Part shown: piece after piece, positions 11,541-25,541 of the stretch
Layout of the letters: every line of letters starts with the position of its first letter
Numbering within the stretch: the first letter of the stretch is position 1
Assembly (NCBI GenBank): GCA_965112155.1
Contig: OZ218103.1
Direction: 5' to 3' (one strand)
Origin: Podarcis liolepis
Taxonomy: Eukaryota
Length of the DNA: 64,000 nt
The notes under the pieces: generated by a model
What the model was told of the DNA's origin: nothing
The model's input: the letters and a program-made list of their open reading frames with translations, nothing else
Databases searched by the model: none
Position numbers and translations under genes: made by a program

Positions 11541-11957
11541 AGCCTCCTGCAGCAATTTCAAAGAGGAATTTAATGTGATCATTGGTCAAGAAAGGCCAGA
11601 AAAGCATGACACTCAATAGGATGGCAGATTTTTTTTGAGAGTCGGTAAATCTTCTGTGCACATCTTACAATCTGGTTTGCATGAACTCCACTTACAAATG
11701 ACAAGCTGGCTACAGACAGGACATCCTTCTGCCCTTAAGCTCCCACTATTTACTACATATATGCATTTATTATCTTGTGGGCAAAAGATCACCTGAGAGC
11801 TTTACAACCCCCCCCCCCTTTAAGAAATGAGTGTATGTTTGTCTGTCTGTGTGTGGTAACTCATTGCAACCCCAGTGTTAAAAAGTACATGAATGAAAGA
11901 ATAAACATCTAAAGCCTCAATCGTGCTTTAGCTGCGAATACTGAAGAAATACAATAC

Positions 11958-12017
11958 CTGATTTCCCATTCTGATTGGGGGCCGGGGACCTCCTGCGTAT
12001 CTTGGTGACATAAAAGG
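11958..12017 (-). CDS. SSBP3: SSBP3 coding exon (~exon 7, 60 nt, symmetric): [20 protein letters not shown]
   Basis: Acceptor gcttacag|CCT, donor CAG|gtattg; peptide recognised. Confidence 0.95.
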
Positions 12018-12891
12018 CTGTAAGCATATAAAATGAGTTCAGTGGCAATGAACGCTCAAAAGTGGAAGTAAACATTATAACCACTTCCTTCACAACTGCT
12101 CTTTAAAATACCAAAATTGATTGTATTTCCCTTATTCTACACACGTACACACAAACTCCCCAAACCGAGCATTTGATTAGCAGAACATTTCTGAGGTGAA
12201 TTCCAGGCCAAATGAACGAAAGATTTAATATACTGCATTCCATTCAACTTGTAATTAGACTTGACACATATACACACAGAAGCATTTTTTAAAAAAACAA
12301 AACAAAACCCTGCTGATAAGAAATATTTAGACTCTTAAGTCTTTGACATTTGTTGTGCTTTACTGTATTTATTTGTTTAAGGTTAGGATGGTTTTAATAA
12401 TTTTTGACAAGAATTAAAATTAGCACAAATGAAATTACCAAGCGAATATTAAGATACTTTTTAAACAGACTGGTAAATGAAAGTGCGGTTTGGGGAGAAG
12501 AGTTTAAAACAATTCAATGACAAGTAGTGAAAACAAGCACTTAAACCGTACAACGATTGTCTTAATGCTGGTCGGGGTTGGGGGGGGAGGATTAAAAAAT
12601 AATGATATTTGTATGTAAATTAGCATGTCTGAAAATCGAAAGCTACTTTGTAATCTGATGTCAATGGAACAAATGCAGCCAAGAGGAACAGACTTCCTAG
12701 CGGAGGTGAGATGAGGTGGAATGAAAACGATTTTGGGGTCCCGGGATCTTGAGTGGATGTAAATTCACAACGCTCCGCAAACTACCCTGGAGCTGCTCGC
12801 TGGTTAAGTTAGCGGAAGGGTGTGGCTCCCACATGCTTTGAGAGTTCACACAGAACACACATATCACAGCAGTGCCCTGCGATGTCTTTAC

Positions 12892-12972
12892 CTGACTGTG
12901 GGGTCCCATCATGCTGTTGGGGTTGTGAGGTGGAGGCTGTGCGTGTGGCGAGGGCTGAGAGCCAGGCGGTCC
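12892..12972 (-). CDS. SSBP3: SSBP3 coding exon (~exon 6, 81 nt, symmetric/skippable): GPPGSQPSPHAQPPPHNPNSMMGPHSQ
   Basis: Acceptor ctaacctcacag|GGA, donor CAG|gtaaag; 27-aa peptide typical of SSBP3 (supports SSBP3 over SSBP2); in frame with neighbours. Confidence 0.95.
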
Positions 12973-14478
12973 CTGTGAGGTTAGATAGCAGAAGGTGGTT
13001 ATAGGTCAGGCACATGAATGTGCAGGAAAAGAGCTGGCTTAACAGGAGAAGCTGGCGAATCTTCACAGGGAATGAATGTTTTGTTTCTGAACATCGCAAA
13101 CTTCCAAAAGAAAAAGAAATAGAAATTGGGGGGCAGGGGGGGGGGAGAATGTGGGCAAAGAACCAATAACTGTCAAAGCACATCAAATGAGCTGTTAATT
13201 CTGAGTGAGCGACACAGCTTGTGCCCTCTGACATTTGTGATGGGATCGCTAGTGAGTCCAACGCTGGAATTGCTGCTCGGTGCTGGAATTTTACTGTTGT
13301 GCGGACAGACTAAAATAGGTGCAATGTGTGGCAGCACATAACCTGCAAGCAAATGTTTTCATTGCCGAACCTTAATAAATGCAAACTGTGATCTCAATTA
13401 ACACAAAAAGTCTCCAAAATATCTGGAGTGGGGGTGGGGGGAAACCTGCCTCGTCTAGTCTCACACTGGAAATTGCACACATGGCACCGCAGAAATGCAA
13501 CATGTCCGCCAACTGTGCCCTGGCATCTGCCCGCGTTCAGGCACGCTTTATTCAAATTATGTAATTCAGCAGATTTGGGTAAACAAAAAACAAAACAAAA
13601 CAAAATGCAAATCTGCATTGGCTGTATGGATCATGATATTGGTCTGGGCAATACAACTTATACAAGCTGAACAAAAAGCCCCCCCAGGTGTACTGCACTG
13701 TACTGTTTCAGTCTCCCACAAGCCTGCACTATTAAATGCATCTAGATAAGTGCTTGAAGAACACATACAAAACTAGCTCACCCACAATATATTCCTATTA
13801 GATTAGCAATAGTACTTTTCTGTGTTTTCATTTGCCACTTGGCTTAAGAATTTAGAACAAGAGAAAGTTAACAAGAAGGTTTATGATGATGATAAGAATA
13901 AAAATAAAAATGCTTAATAACATGTTTCCATGCTTTACCTAGACTTCCAATTCTAGGAAGTTTGTAGCAGCAGCAATAACTTATCATTTCTACACACAAG
14001 ACTATAGTTTCACATTTTTTAGACCAGAACTGCGGTCCTTCACCAAGATTAACTATCTATTGAGGCAACAATTAATCTTGCATGCAGATATGATTTTACC
14101 GGGGGGGGGGGGGGAGAGCTTATATGCGCCTGAGAAGAAAAAGATTCATTTGTATAGTTTCAACCCTGCAATGCAGGGCTGTAGGATTAAACATAATTTT
14201 AATTCCCTCCATTCCTGGAATCCCAGAAAACAAGAAGTTTATTTCAAAAAAAGTGAGTTCTTGAACATGAATAACCAAATTCGCACTATGATGTACACAT
14301 GTTCCCTGTGTAATTTTTTCTCTCTCAAACAAACACAAAATTGTAATTGGTCTGGAAAGCAAACAAGACTTGTAAGTACATTATGAGAATCAGCTACACA
14401 CTTCAGGAAAAGCAGAGGAACAGATGTTCTATACCTGCCATGTTAGTAATTTCAACAAGTGTTCGCCTTCTAGCTGCT

Positions 14479-14674
14479 NNNNNNNNNNNNNNNNNNNNNN
14501 NNNNNNNNNNNNNNNNNNNNNNNNNNNNNNNNNNNNNNNNNNNNNNNNNNNNNNNNNNNNNNNNNNNNNNNNNNNNNNNNNNNNNNNNNNNNNNNNNNNN
14601 NNNNNNNNNNNNNNNNNNNNNNNNNNNNNNNNNNNNNNNNNNNNNNNNNNNNNNNNNNNNNNNNNNNNNNNNNN
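14479..14674. other. Assembly gap (N run)
   Basis: 196 N bases. Confidence 1.
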
Positions 14675-16174
14675 GAGGGGAAGTTAATGAAGGCAGGACA
14701 TATTTGCACCTGCAAATCTTTTGTACCAGGGAAACTTGAGTGCAATGTAAATAAAAGAGGGGGAGAAATTGTTAAAGAGTTAACACGGAAAGATGCAAAC
14801 AGAGCTCTAAACAGAAGCAGACACTCTGCTGATCCTCCAGGTTATGTTTACGGGATCGTAGAAACTGATTTTCCTTTGAATTAATACGATCCATTGTACA
14901 TAGGGTGCTAATATTTGCTCATTAACTCCTTTAACTGAGAATTAAGGGTTGCTTCTCACAGGTTATTTTTTTCTCCAGTACTGATATCTATATACAAAAT
15001 ACATGAATATAGTGTTAGGTATGAAGTATGTTTCAAATGTAGCTTTCCCCCCATCTCAAAGACTTAAAAGCAGAGAATTAGACCCCCGCCATCAAGTATT
15101 TTGAAATGCATGGGAAACCTCTGTACCTAACAAAATCAACTTTTAAGAAGCAATCACTGTGCAGCAAGGAGAATTTTTTCTCAGCTTATCATGTGCTTTG
15201 ACCTCTTCACAAAACCACAAAAAGTCCTTGTGCCTCTTTTAGGTTCCAGAAAATCAAAAACAACTTTTTCAATTACACACAATTAAAGGAAGGAGTTGTC
15301 TGGAGCATACTGCAAGTAATACAATTATTTTAAAGTCAACTGAAAATGGTCTCTGGGATGGTAAACACATAAAGTTTGCACAATTTAAATTGGAACAGAA
15401 AAAGTCGGCTGCTATGTGGATGCCTTTTGAGATCAGAGCACTCTGTAACCTCTGTCCGTAAATGTGCTACCTTCATGTAAACACTTTATCTTCTCTAGAC
15501 CAAAGAAACTCCCACTTTAAATGAAACTTCTACTGAGTAATTCTCTGTGTGAGGTGTCAGTGCCCAACCCAATGAAATGGCAATGAGTAGGCAACTGTTG
15601 CTGTTATCAATGGTAGCTTGCTTTCAGCCATTGAGACTGCCTAAGCCCTCTCTGATCGCCTCTAAGCAGTAGCTGCAGATGAGTCCTAGAGCTTAACATT
15701 TCCACTCTGTCTGGAAGAACAATGTCAAGGTCTTCATGACTGCAGAATCCCAATGAGGCTTGGGTATGACTTTCATGGTATAGGAGGATGGGAAGCATCA
15801 AGGTTCTTTTAGAACAGGAAAAGTCAGCACTGGGGTTATACGCAACAGCAACATAACAGAACGCAGCCTAGAACCTGGGATTCATTCAAATGCATAACAA
15901 TTGCTCCTTGTGCCAGATATATTAACATATACCCCTGAAATGCCTTGCTTCATGACTCCCACATTTCTATCAAACATGTCAATGGTAACCTCAGAAAGAA
16001 ACTCTTATTTTAGGTTTGTTAACATCATATTTGAAGTAGCTTTGACCAAGAAGCCATGTAGCTAATATGATCTACCTAAGTCTCCATGGAACAAAAGAAT
16101 TACCCCCATTTCATCAATCTAATTTATTTTATAGCATAGTTTATATGCAAGTTTATTTTATTTACATCTTAATC

Positions 16175-16425
16175 CAGGGGTCAGCAACCTTTTTCAGCCG
16201 TGGGCCGGTCCACCATGCCTCAGACCATGTAGTGGGCCGGACTATATTTTGGGGGGAAAATATGAACAAATTCCTATGCCCCACAAATAAACCAGAGATG
16301 CATTTTAAATAAAAACACACATTCTACTCATGTAAAAACAAGCTGATTCCTGGACCATCCGTGGGCCGGATTGAGAAGGCGATTGGGCCGCATCTGGCCC
16401 ACGGGCCTTAGGTGGCCTACCCCTG
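16175..16425. mobile_element. hAT-family MITE, 251 bp
   Basis: Termini cagggg...cccctg; perfect 8-bp TSD tcttaatc (16167-16174, 16426-16433); GGGCC-rich subterminal motifs. Confidence 0.9.
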
Positions 16426-19400
16426 TCTTAATCCCACCTTTCTTACACTGAGCTCAGGGCAAAGTACATTCAGAGGAGAGGTGTCTGGTGCAAAGCTCAC
16501 TGCAAAATGAATCTCTTTGGTTGAAGTCCAATGCTATCCATTACCCCATGCTAGTTTCCCCTATAAGAAGTCTGAGAACATGGAATATTTTTTACTAAAG
16601 ACATAACCTAAAAGATTATAGTCCTTTGCTTCACCCATGTCACCTAAAGAGATAACTTCTTTTTCTGACACACTGTAGTTTGCAAGAAGAAATAATCTGC
16701 TGTTAATTGAAAAGGGTAGTGAAAAGAAAACGACAAAACCATTATCTTTCCCAACTGTATCATTAGCCAAGTACTAAAGGAAATCCAGCACTTCCAAATA
16801 AGAACCGTTTTTGGAAAGCTCAGAGCGACTACCCAACTATTCAACTACTTTACACACATTCATTAATGGCAACAATCAAGTAAATTGGTTTTTAAGATAA
16901 AATGTTCATAGGACTGGGGGGCGGGGAAACACCTCAAGGAAGTTAAGCATACTTAATGCTGTTCCCACTACTTCATTGCAACTACAGAACAGCAAGTCGT
17001 GACCTACAGGATTTACATTCTCATAGGTATTCACCAAACACAAGAATAAAAGTTCCAGAGGAAACTCACACCAATAATCCCTTTCAAAACCTTCACCACT
17101 GATCTTACAGAGCCAGCACTTGCCATACTGCTATAATGTAGAAGCTTCTTTGCCTTCAGTTATCAACCTCTCCTTCCTTGAACTTATGAGCAAATTATTT
17201 TGTGGTTCTCCTATATTGAAATAATTAAAGGCTAAAACATAAATCTAAAATAAGCTTGCCTAAATCAGGAATCCTGCCTCTCCACATAATAAATGTTGAG
17301 AGATGAACCTCAGGATTTTAAGAAGCCAGTGCCAACCTTCATCAATTAAGTAGACATCACAGATTTACCATTGCTGAAGTGCCCACTAGTCTCCGTTAAT
17401 GAACATGGCCAATACAGAATGAAGTATTTATTTCCTTATATTTATCCTGCCTTTCTTCCATCATGGAACGACATATTGATTCCATAGAGTAGTAACACAG
17501 ATGTGTTATTTCTGCATTAATGCCTGCAGACATAATGAAAAACCTTTCTTGACCAGGAGTAAGTCACAGGATTATGCACTTTTTAAATCCTTGTTAAGAG
17601 GACAGCCCCAATCACCATGTAATATTGATACCAAAGTAATGCTTAAAACTATGATCAAGGTGTGTAGGACAAATTTGTTTTAGACAGGAGGGAGGTTAAG
17701 GCAAGGGACAAAGTGATTTCATGGCCTGTCCTCTATTTCTTTACCACAGTTTAAGAGAGCCATTTATATCTGAACCACCTCTAGGTGTCCCATTACTTGA
17801 TGTATATGCTACTAATAAGCATCCACATTGAGAAGTTTCTTTTGCAATTGCAGAAGTATGTATGGCAACCAAATTCCATTTGTAGCAAAATGTTATTTAG
17901 AAAATGGCTGAGAAGTAGCACTTTGCCAGTTTGACCACTGTACATTTTTATGCATCGGTACTTCCAAATTAGCTAAAGAAAAGGACGATTATAACAGAAA
18001 TCACAAACATTTTGGGCTTGGAGGCACAATTGGAAATCTAAAAAAACATCCATTTTACAGAAGACACTGGTGCTGCTCAGAACTCCCTCCACAAGCAACA
18101 TGCAGAGAGACCCTATAACCTCCCCACAAAAACCCCCAAGCCCCAGACCCTTCTCCAAAAGCTGCCAACTAACCAAACCAAACGCAATTTCTTTAAATTT
18201 TGGGGGTGTTTGGTGGCCTTGGAGGGGATTTGAGAATACCACGAGTGCCACCTGGGGACCCCAGAAGAATACCATGGATAAACAAAGCAAGCCTAATAAA
18301 AATTCTGCTAAAGAGAAAAAAAAACCCTGGCAAAACTTTCTTTCTTTATGTCAGTAAGCTACAGAACGGTTAATGGCAGACCCACATGTCTTAAAAAGAA
18401 AAAGAAAAAAGCAACCAGACACCACTGTAAGATCAGCTGGTTGAAAAATTGCAGGAGATCTGGAGCTTGGATAAGATGTGTGGTTTTTAAACACAATCAA
18501 TTACTTGGAAATGGTACAAATAACCAATGGATGAAATCTGCAGAATACTTTTCTAAATATTCAAAATATTGAAACTCATAGCAGATTGTGAAGCATATTA
18601 GGGAGGATCCCATAACACTGGGAACAGGCAATGGAACGGTACTTGAACGTCAAAGTTGGCAAGTATTATGTGACTTTTTCTGGAGGGCAGTGGCGAGGAG
18701 GATAATCTCATTCATTAGAGAGAAGGGAAGGGAGTCTAATGTACATAGGGACTTTTCCCACACAGCCACTCACTATTTCACACTATTTGGCATTAGCCTC
18801 AAGGACAGTGGCAAGCCGCTGCCGATTATCACATGCATAGGAGTAGTGAATGGAAGAGCACCTTAACAGGCCGGTCAAGATGTCCATGTTATGCCCAATT
18901 TCTTAAAAATGTCAAGTGAAAAGATCCAAAACAGAACGCAAACATCCCTGCCTCAGTTAAGAACCCCCTTTGTGCACCAACTACACAATATAAAACTACT
19001 GATCTTTATCTAAACTTAGAACTGTTTTTCCACAGGATGCAACGATGACCACTAGCAAAAACGCTTTTTAAAAGCGTTCCTCACAGATGTCAGTTTTATT
19101 ACTAGCCCTAGTTAGACTGGGCTTCCTCATGAACAGGTTTTAGGGGCTGGGGACATAAGAGCTCATCAACAAGCTCTGCCTGTGCATTTTCAAAGGCACC
19201 TGCCTAACTACAACTGCAAGGATGGGGAACGTGTGGCCCATTATGTTGTTGGACTACTGGCTCAGGCTGGAACACAATTGTATAAGGCTATATATTCTCC
19301 ATCTCTGCACATGATGGTGGCCACAATTCTGTAGTTTGTTGAGAAAGACTGTTGTTTGATGTGTTTCCCCTCGAACCAGCTTCTATCCAATTTGAAAATG

Positions 19401-19864
19401 CAGGCTGAAGTTACACTGAAGTATGCACAGTTCAGGCAGCTGTTGCACATGTGTAGATGACAGGGGTTTGCAGTCGCAGGGAACAAAATATTATAATGCC
19501 TATTGGATGAAGACATCTCCACCCCCTCACAAGTGTGTAGAGTAACAGCAAATGCGACTTGAAACACAGTAGGGGGGGGGAATGACCTTGCTGCATTTTA
19601 AGCCACTAATGTGTACGTTCCCTAATACATAAGAGGAAGTATTAAGGAATACTTAATATATTAAGTATTAATGTATTAAGAAAGCCTTCAAAACTCTGAC
19701 CTCAAAGGATCCCAACTTATAGGAAACAAAAAGAGTTCTGGACCTTGACGCCTTGGTTTTCTGCATATAAGCTTTCAAACATGTTCTCACATCTATCTTG
19801 GGCCATGCCCTCTCTTAACCACCTATGAATAATACAATCAGAGAATTGTAGAGTCGGAAAGGAC

Positions 19865-19985
19865 TCTACCACCCTGGTGCTCCACAGATGTTGTTGGACC
19901 ATCATCCTTGGCTTTTGGCCATGCTGCTTGGGGCCAATGGGAGCTGTAGCTGAAAACCTCCGGAGGAAAAGGCTGGCACACAGCA
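19865..19985. mobile_element. Degenerate hAT-type foldback MITE
   Basis: ctggtgctccacagatgttgttggac...atgggagctgtagc..aaacctccggagg. Confidence 0.5.
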
Positions 19986-21167
19986 AGGTTGCTTGAGCAA
20001 AAGATGAAAACAGCTTTTGAAACCTGGATGGTTATAACCTTAGCTTCAAAGCTCTGAGAGCCAATTCCTTTCTTCAGTTATTAGTTTTTCCACAGAAGAG
20101 AAGGCAGCCACAAGGGTGTCAAATTTAGGTATACCTCCGTCATCATCAGCATTGTATTTTTAGGAGAGAATACAGTGTGAGAAATTGCTAGTGGTTTTGG
20201 TCCCCATGTGGGAATTCCATTGCAGCTTCAGAATCTGTATTCTGTTGGGAAGATGGAAGCAAAATGGCAGTGAGGCTCCTCCATTCCTGCTGCCATGTGA
20301 TGGTGAAGCAATGGCTATCCATGCAGTTCCCATGGCACCTATGGATGAGTTGGACCTTCACATCTTGTTTCTTCTAGGAGAGAGGAGTTGGACCTACACT
20401 GAGCAATTTCTGCAGTTCCAGGAGAAAGTGCTCCTCTCCCTAAGCCAACATCTCAGGCCCAGAAGCCACATTGAGACAACTACTTCCTGCAACTTGACAA
20501 AAAAACCCCAAGGGAGAGTAGCTAAGAGACAGAGGAAGAACCAAGAAGCTAAAAACAAAATGAAGAAAATTAGCTAAGGTAAGATGTATGCCGATGCAGA
20601 GCTAAGTAGAAATTGCTGCCAAGAATTGCCTAGTAGCCCTAGGCAGGAAGAGGCTAAGAGCAGGGGGTCGCCTCCTCCAAGTAAGTCATTTTCTACTTCT
20701 TGCCTCCAAGATCCCAGGTAGGGGACACCTCATTTCCAGAATGTCCCTCTGCCCATATCCAGGAAGTTGCAAAGAGATTCAAGCATGCCCACACTCAAGT
20801 GTATCATCTCAAGCATGAAGACCCTTTCTTTAGACTCAGAAAATGTTCTCCTGTGCCTCCTGGAGAGACATTAGAGTGATTCCACTCAAATTACCAGTTT
20901 TAATTAAAAAGGGGTCGAAAATCAATTTCTGCTTTTAAACAAAACTGATTAGCAAGTAGGTTATTGCAATTCACAGCAGCAGAGCTTTCCCTAATTCTTT
21001 AAACGAAAGCGACTGGCGTTGGAAGGGCATTCATCTAAGCATCAAGACACCCACGGTCCTTTATATGATAACGCCCGCTTTAAACACACACTTTTCCCCA
21101 CAGGAGATCAAAAAATAATGGTTTGGGCAGGGAATCCCAGTGGTTAATTTAATCCACTTCCAAGATG

Positions 21168-21169
<2 letters not shown>

Positions 21170-21206
<37 letters not shown>
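21170..21206. repeat. (TG)n microsatellite
   Basis: Direct observation. Confidence 0.95.
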
Positions 21207-21208
<2 letters not shown>

Positions 21209-22029
21209 ACTGGAAGACAGGGGTGTGCTGGAACAACAGCTGAGTGCATGCTGCAAAAAAAAAAATAATGAAAAAAAATTGCGAGACATTGTATGACACT
21301 CCCAGGAAATTCAAGACTTTGCGAAGCATTTTGTTGGCAAATGACACACAGCAGTAAATTGAATCCTCATGGCCACATTAGCTTGCAAGAGTAATGCTCA
21401 TGACAGGTATCTCTGGATAATATAACTGCAGATCTACAGTGAAGGCAAGCATCTCTGCAAAAGTGCTGCATGCTCTTTCTTTCAACTTGTTATGCAGCAG
21501 TGGGAGGAGCTGGTGGCTTGGGGCTGGCCGAGAAACAGCAACAACAAGGATCTGAAAACATTTGCTACTTCCTGTCTGCTACCCTGGGGCCACTAAAACT
21601 GCCTTGCTTGGATATAAAAAAACTGCGGTCTTACAACCCCCTCTCTTCTGGTGCCCCATCACCAAACGACCCCCGCCTTCTACCTTTTACAGCCCAGCTC
21701 AAGATTCATTTTCTACCTTCTCTTAGGAAAAAACAAAGCAAAAAAAGCCAGACCTCTGGATATTGTTATCTCTGTAAATATTTGCAGATGTTGTAGGACC
21801 ATGGAGAACTGCAATTCAGCAGAGAGTGAATGCTGGAGCGCTCTCTCTTTCCCCTCCCCCCTTACATACACTCGGTTATAAATCAAGGACTGAAATGAAC
21901 TGCCTGCTAATGCTGGTTTTAAAGATACAGAATACAAAGAGCCAAGGGAAGCCAAACTGGAATCTTTGGGAAGGAGATGCATGCAGCCAAAGTATCCCAG
22001 GGCCTTTGCATATAATCAGATCATTGCAG

Positions 22030-22366
22030 ACTCTCCAAGGCTCCCTATTTTCCAGGGACATCCCTGATTTAGAGAAGCCACCCCAGTTTCTGATTTGATT
22101 CCAGTATATCCCACTTTTTCTTAGGATCTCCCTATTTTTATTGGAGAAATGTTGGAGGGTATGGAATTATCTGCCACCCGAAGGCAATCATGTATAGGGA
22201 AGTTCGTTTGTTTTTTAATGTTTAATGTTTTATTATGTTTTTATACATGTTGCAAGCTGCCCAGAGTAGCTGGGGCAACCCAGTAAGATGTGTGGGGTAG
22301 AAATAGTAAAATTATCGTGATGGAATGGAATGTCCCTATTTTCATCAGAGAAATGTTGGAGGCACA
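22030..22366. mobile_element. Composite repeat: DNA-transposon-like element with a duplicated end and an embedded SINE/L2 tail
   Basis: ccctatttt...gagaaatgttggagg occurs twice (~22130-22160, ~22335-22362), flanking gcaagctgcccagagtagctggggcaacccag. Confidence 0.5.
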
Positions 22367-22699
22367 GCAAACTATGAATTAGTTTCATGTTTGCTCTGCA
22401 GAAGGTGTATGTGATCCTTCACAAATGCACTTTGCTTGAAGAGATATTATATCTTCCAAGCGTTTGAGCCACAATATTATGTACCTGGGAAAATGGAATT
22501 CTTCTAGCACAGTTGCTTGCAGCTGTGATTTCTGTGGGGAATATAGTTGCACAATTGCTACAAACACTTTCTAGCCATTCTTCATGACAGATACAACATG
22601 CATATACACATTTCTGGCCCGCTCCCCCCCCCCCCACTATGTTTTATTTGGTGCACTTAATTTGTCCTGACATAAAATGCACACTTAAGACACTGGAGT

Positions 22700-22926
22700 A
22701 TTCATTCATTCATTCATTCATTCATTCACTCAGTGCATTTATCTCCCACCCTAAGGACCTCAAGGTAGCACACATGGTTCTCCACCTTCCCATTTAATTC
22801 TCACAACAACCCTGTGAGGCAGGTTAGGCTGAGAGGCCATCCGTGGCTCGGGGTCACCCAGTGAGATTCATGAGTGAGGATTTAAGCCGTGGTCTATCAG
22901 GTCCTGGTCCAATACCCTAACCACCA
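22700..22926 (-). mobile_element. MIR/CORE-like tRNA SINE with (ATTC)n tail
   Basis: tctcacaacaaccctgtgaggcaggttaggctgagag...ggtcacccagtgag; microsatellite tail 22700-22728. Confidence 0.75.
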
Positions 22927-23059
22927 AAGGAATGGTGAGAGAAGAACAAGCAACTGTGCACTATCATGCAATGAGCTACTTTGGATGGTTTTATCATGGC
23001 GTAATCAATAAACGAAGAAGCTCCCCCTGCCTCACGTGCAGCCAAATAGGCCCTCCCTT

Positions 23060-23295
23060 TATGTGAGATCTGATTAAACCAGGAAGTCTGTAATTAACCA
23101 GAGTTTCCCATTCCATTCAAACTTGGAAACTATGGTTACAAGCTTTAATACAAGACAGGATGTTAAACCATGATTTAAAGCGGTCTTAATATCCTGGCTT
23201 GCTTCCAAGCTGGTAAGCATAGTTTCTCAGTTGGTACAAAAAGAAGAAACTATGCTCAATTGAAGTCTTCCTGGTTTGTCTGGTTGTGTTGTGAT
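23060..23295. mobile_element. Old palindromic MITE-like repeat (aaaccatggtt motif family)
   Basis: aaaccaggaag ... cttcctggttt ends; repeated aaac.atggtt-like motifs; related stretches at ~34.8-35.0 kb and 57.4-58.0 kb. Confidence 0.45.
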
Positions 23296-24760
23296 GGGAG
23301 GAGTAAAGGGGTTTCATATGAAAGGAAATAGCCTGTTCATACTGGGAGTAATAGTAATACTCTCCCTCTGTATTCCCAATTTTCTACAGAGATGGGGAGA
23401 GGGGTTGTATTCCACAAAGCAGCTGTGTGAGTAGAGCTTTGTCCCGCCACCTCCTCCATCACCCTCCAATCTGCTCTGTGGTTTCCCCAACTCTCCAGAG
23501 TAGATTGGGGGGAGATTAGGGGGGCACACCGGTTGTGGGGGAGAATGAGAAGTTTTGTTCTATTCACAGAAATTGTTCTTGTCACACATTGACTTCATTG
23601 GCGTTAACCCAAAGAAATTATCTCCACAGTTCAGCAGCAATACTAAGCTTATAAGAAGATAGGCTGCTGGGCTCACAAGGTGTAATAAGTGATCATAAAC
23701 TTTCAGTAATGCAGGAGGTGGCCTTGGACTGAGTCACCCTCATTAACTAGCTCAGAACTTACTGTACTACATGGGATGGGACCAAACAGAAATTTTAAAA
23801 TATGCATTTCTATAGAACTTTTTACTTTCTCAAAAATGATGGTGTATTTAGATGCAATGTGGTTGTTTAAATACTGGGTTTCGGCTTTCATGAAGCTGAG
23901 AGAATGAACAAATCTTAATAGAGCACTTCAAGATAATTTCAATACATTTTTTGCTTCCTTGTAAAAACCACCATTCACTAAACTTTGAAAAAAGCAGAGG
24001 GGTATTAAAAAAGAAAGAAAAGAAACTTAACTTTCCCCCCACCAAGCCACTGTTATACATTAGTGGAGTTATAAATCCTGCCAGTCCCAGATGATTAGAT
24101 GCAGAGAGCACAAGATACCAAACTGTTCAATACTGATTTTAAATGGTTAGCAAGCACTTTCTGTTCTGCTTTTACTTGGGGTTAGAACACTGAAATGTAC
24201 ACCTCAGATATTTTTTTAAAAGTTACTTTACAAATACACAAAGACAGCTCAGTTATGCAGTCTCTCTTGTAATTATTGAAAGTTTTATAGTTTTTTTTAA
24301 AAAATCCCATGTTCTTAAAAGCAACACTCCAAAAAGCAACAGCTTGGCCGCTTGAAAACTTCAGAAACTTAGGGTTCCTATATATCCACCCCCATTACCC
24401 TGGCACTTCCATGGAGGTTCTGCCATCCGGCAGATAAAAGAGATGTCATCTAGGAGCAGAGACTTCTGGGTAAGGCTTCCAGCATTTAGGCAGGCCCTGC
24501 CTAGGGAAGACTTCTCTTCTTGGTCACCTTTCAGGAGGCAGATGAAGATGACTCTTCTTATAGTAAGTATTATTAGTTGTGAAGTGCCTAAAAATGGGGT
24601 GCTGCACAGAACCCATAAAGCAACAGTCCTACTCAATGGGTTCATAATCTAAATTAGACAACAAAAGAACAAGGAAACACATGGAAGGAAGCCAAACACA
24701 ATTAAATGCAGAATGCAACTCAACAGGGAGATCTGTGATCAAGATAAACAAGGATGTCCC

Positions 24761-24801
24761 TGTTTGTTTGTTTGTTTGTTTGTTTGTTTGTTTGTTTGTT
24801 T
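24761..24801. repeat. (TTTG)n microsatellite
   Basis: Direct observation. Confidence 0.95.
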
Positions 24802-25541
24802 AAAAAGGACATAGCAATTGTGGGACCCTCCAGATTTGATTAGGACTGTGTTGAGAGGTTGGGGGTGTTAACTGTGCTTCCTCATGATATTCCCCCAATG
24901 AAGCCACCGTGCCTCCCTGAAGCCTTCCCCCCAAAGAGATGAACCACGTAGGTACCACAAAGTCCCCTGTAGAGCAAGTAACGGCTTCAGGGAGTGCAAT
25001 TTGAATCTGGAAAATGATACAGGAGGAGCAGAGTTTAAACTCAATGCATTCGCAACCTGTCCCCTTCCCCACCCCATGTCTAATATTAATATGTTTTAAA
25101 AAGGCCTAAAATCATAATCATTAATCTATCGTTTTAAGTATAGTTGCAACCATAGGCTACCTAAAATAAATGAAGCTTTTTTAAAAAAGGAGGAAGAGAT
25201 CCAATTAAATGAATATCAGCTAGGTAAAGAGTTCTATTGATAAGAAGCAATAAAAGTACAGAGCATAAAGATACGAAACTTAGAAACAGATACAGGGCTT
25301 AACAAGCAACAAGAACAAAAACGGAAGAATGCAAAGACTAAAGCGGAGTATATAGAGATATCAAAGATAAGCAGGAGATAGAGAGAACAAATTCATATGA
25401 AGCAACAGATTCTTGTGAACAGGAACTCCATGTGAAGAAGAGAGAAAAGCAAAGAATCATGATCATATTTACATGCATAAAAATAAAAGTGGTGACAGAG
25501 TGCAACCAAGAAGTTTAATATACTATGTATATTTGTAGCAT

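Noticed and set aside
14347-14745. ORFs spanning the N run (also 56811-57104)
   Set aside because: Artefacts of translating through assembly gaps.
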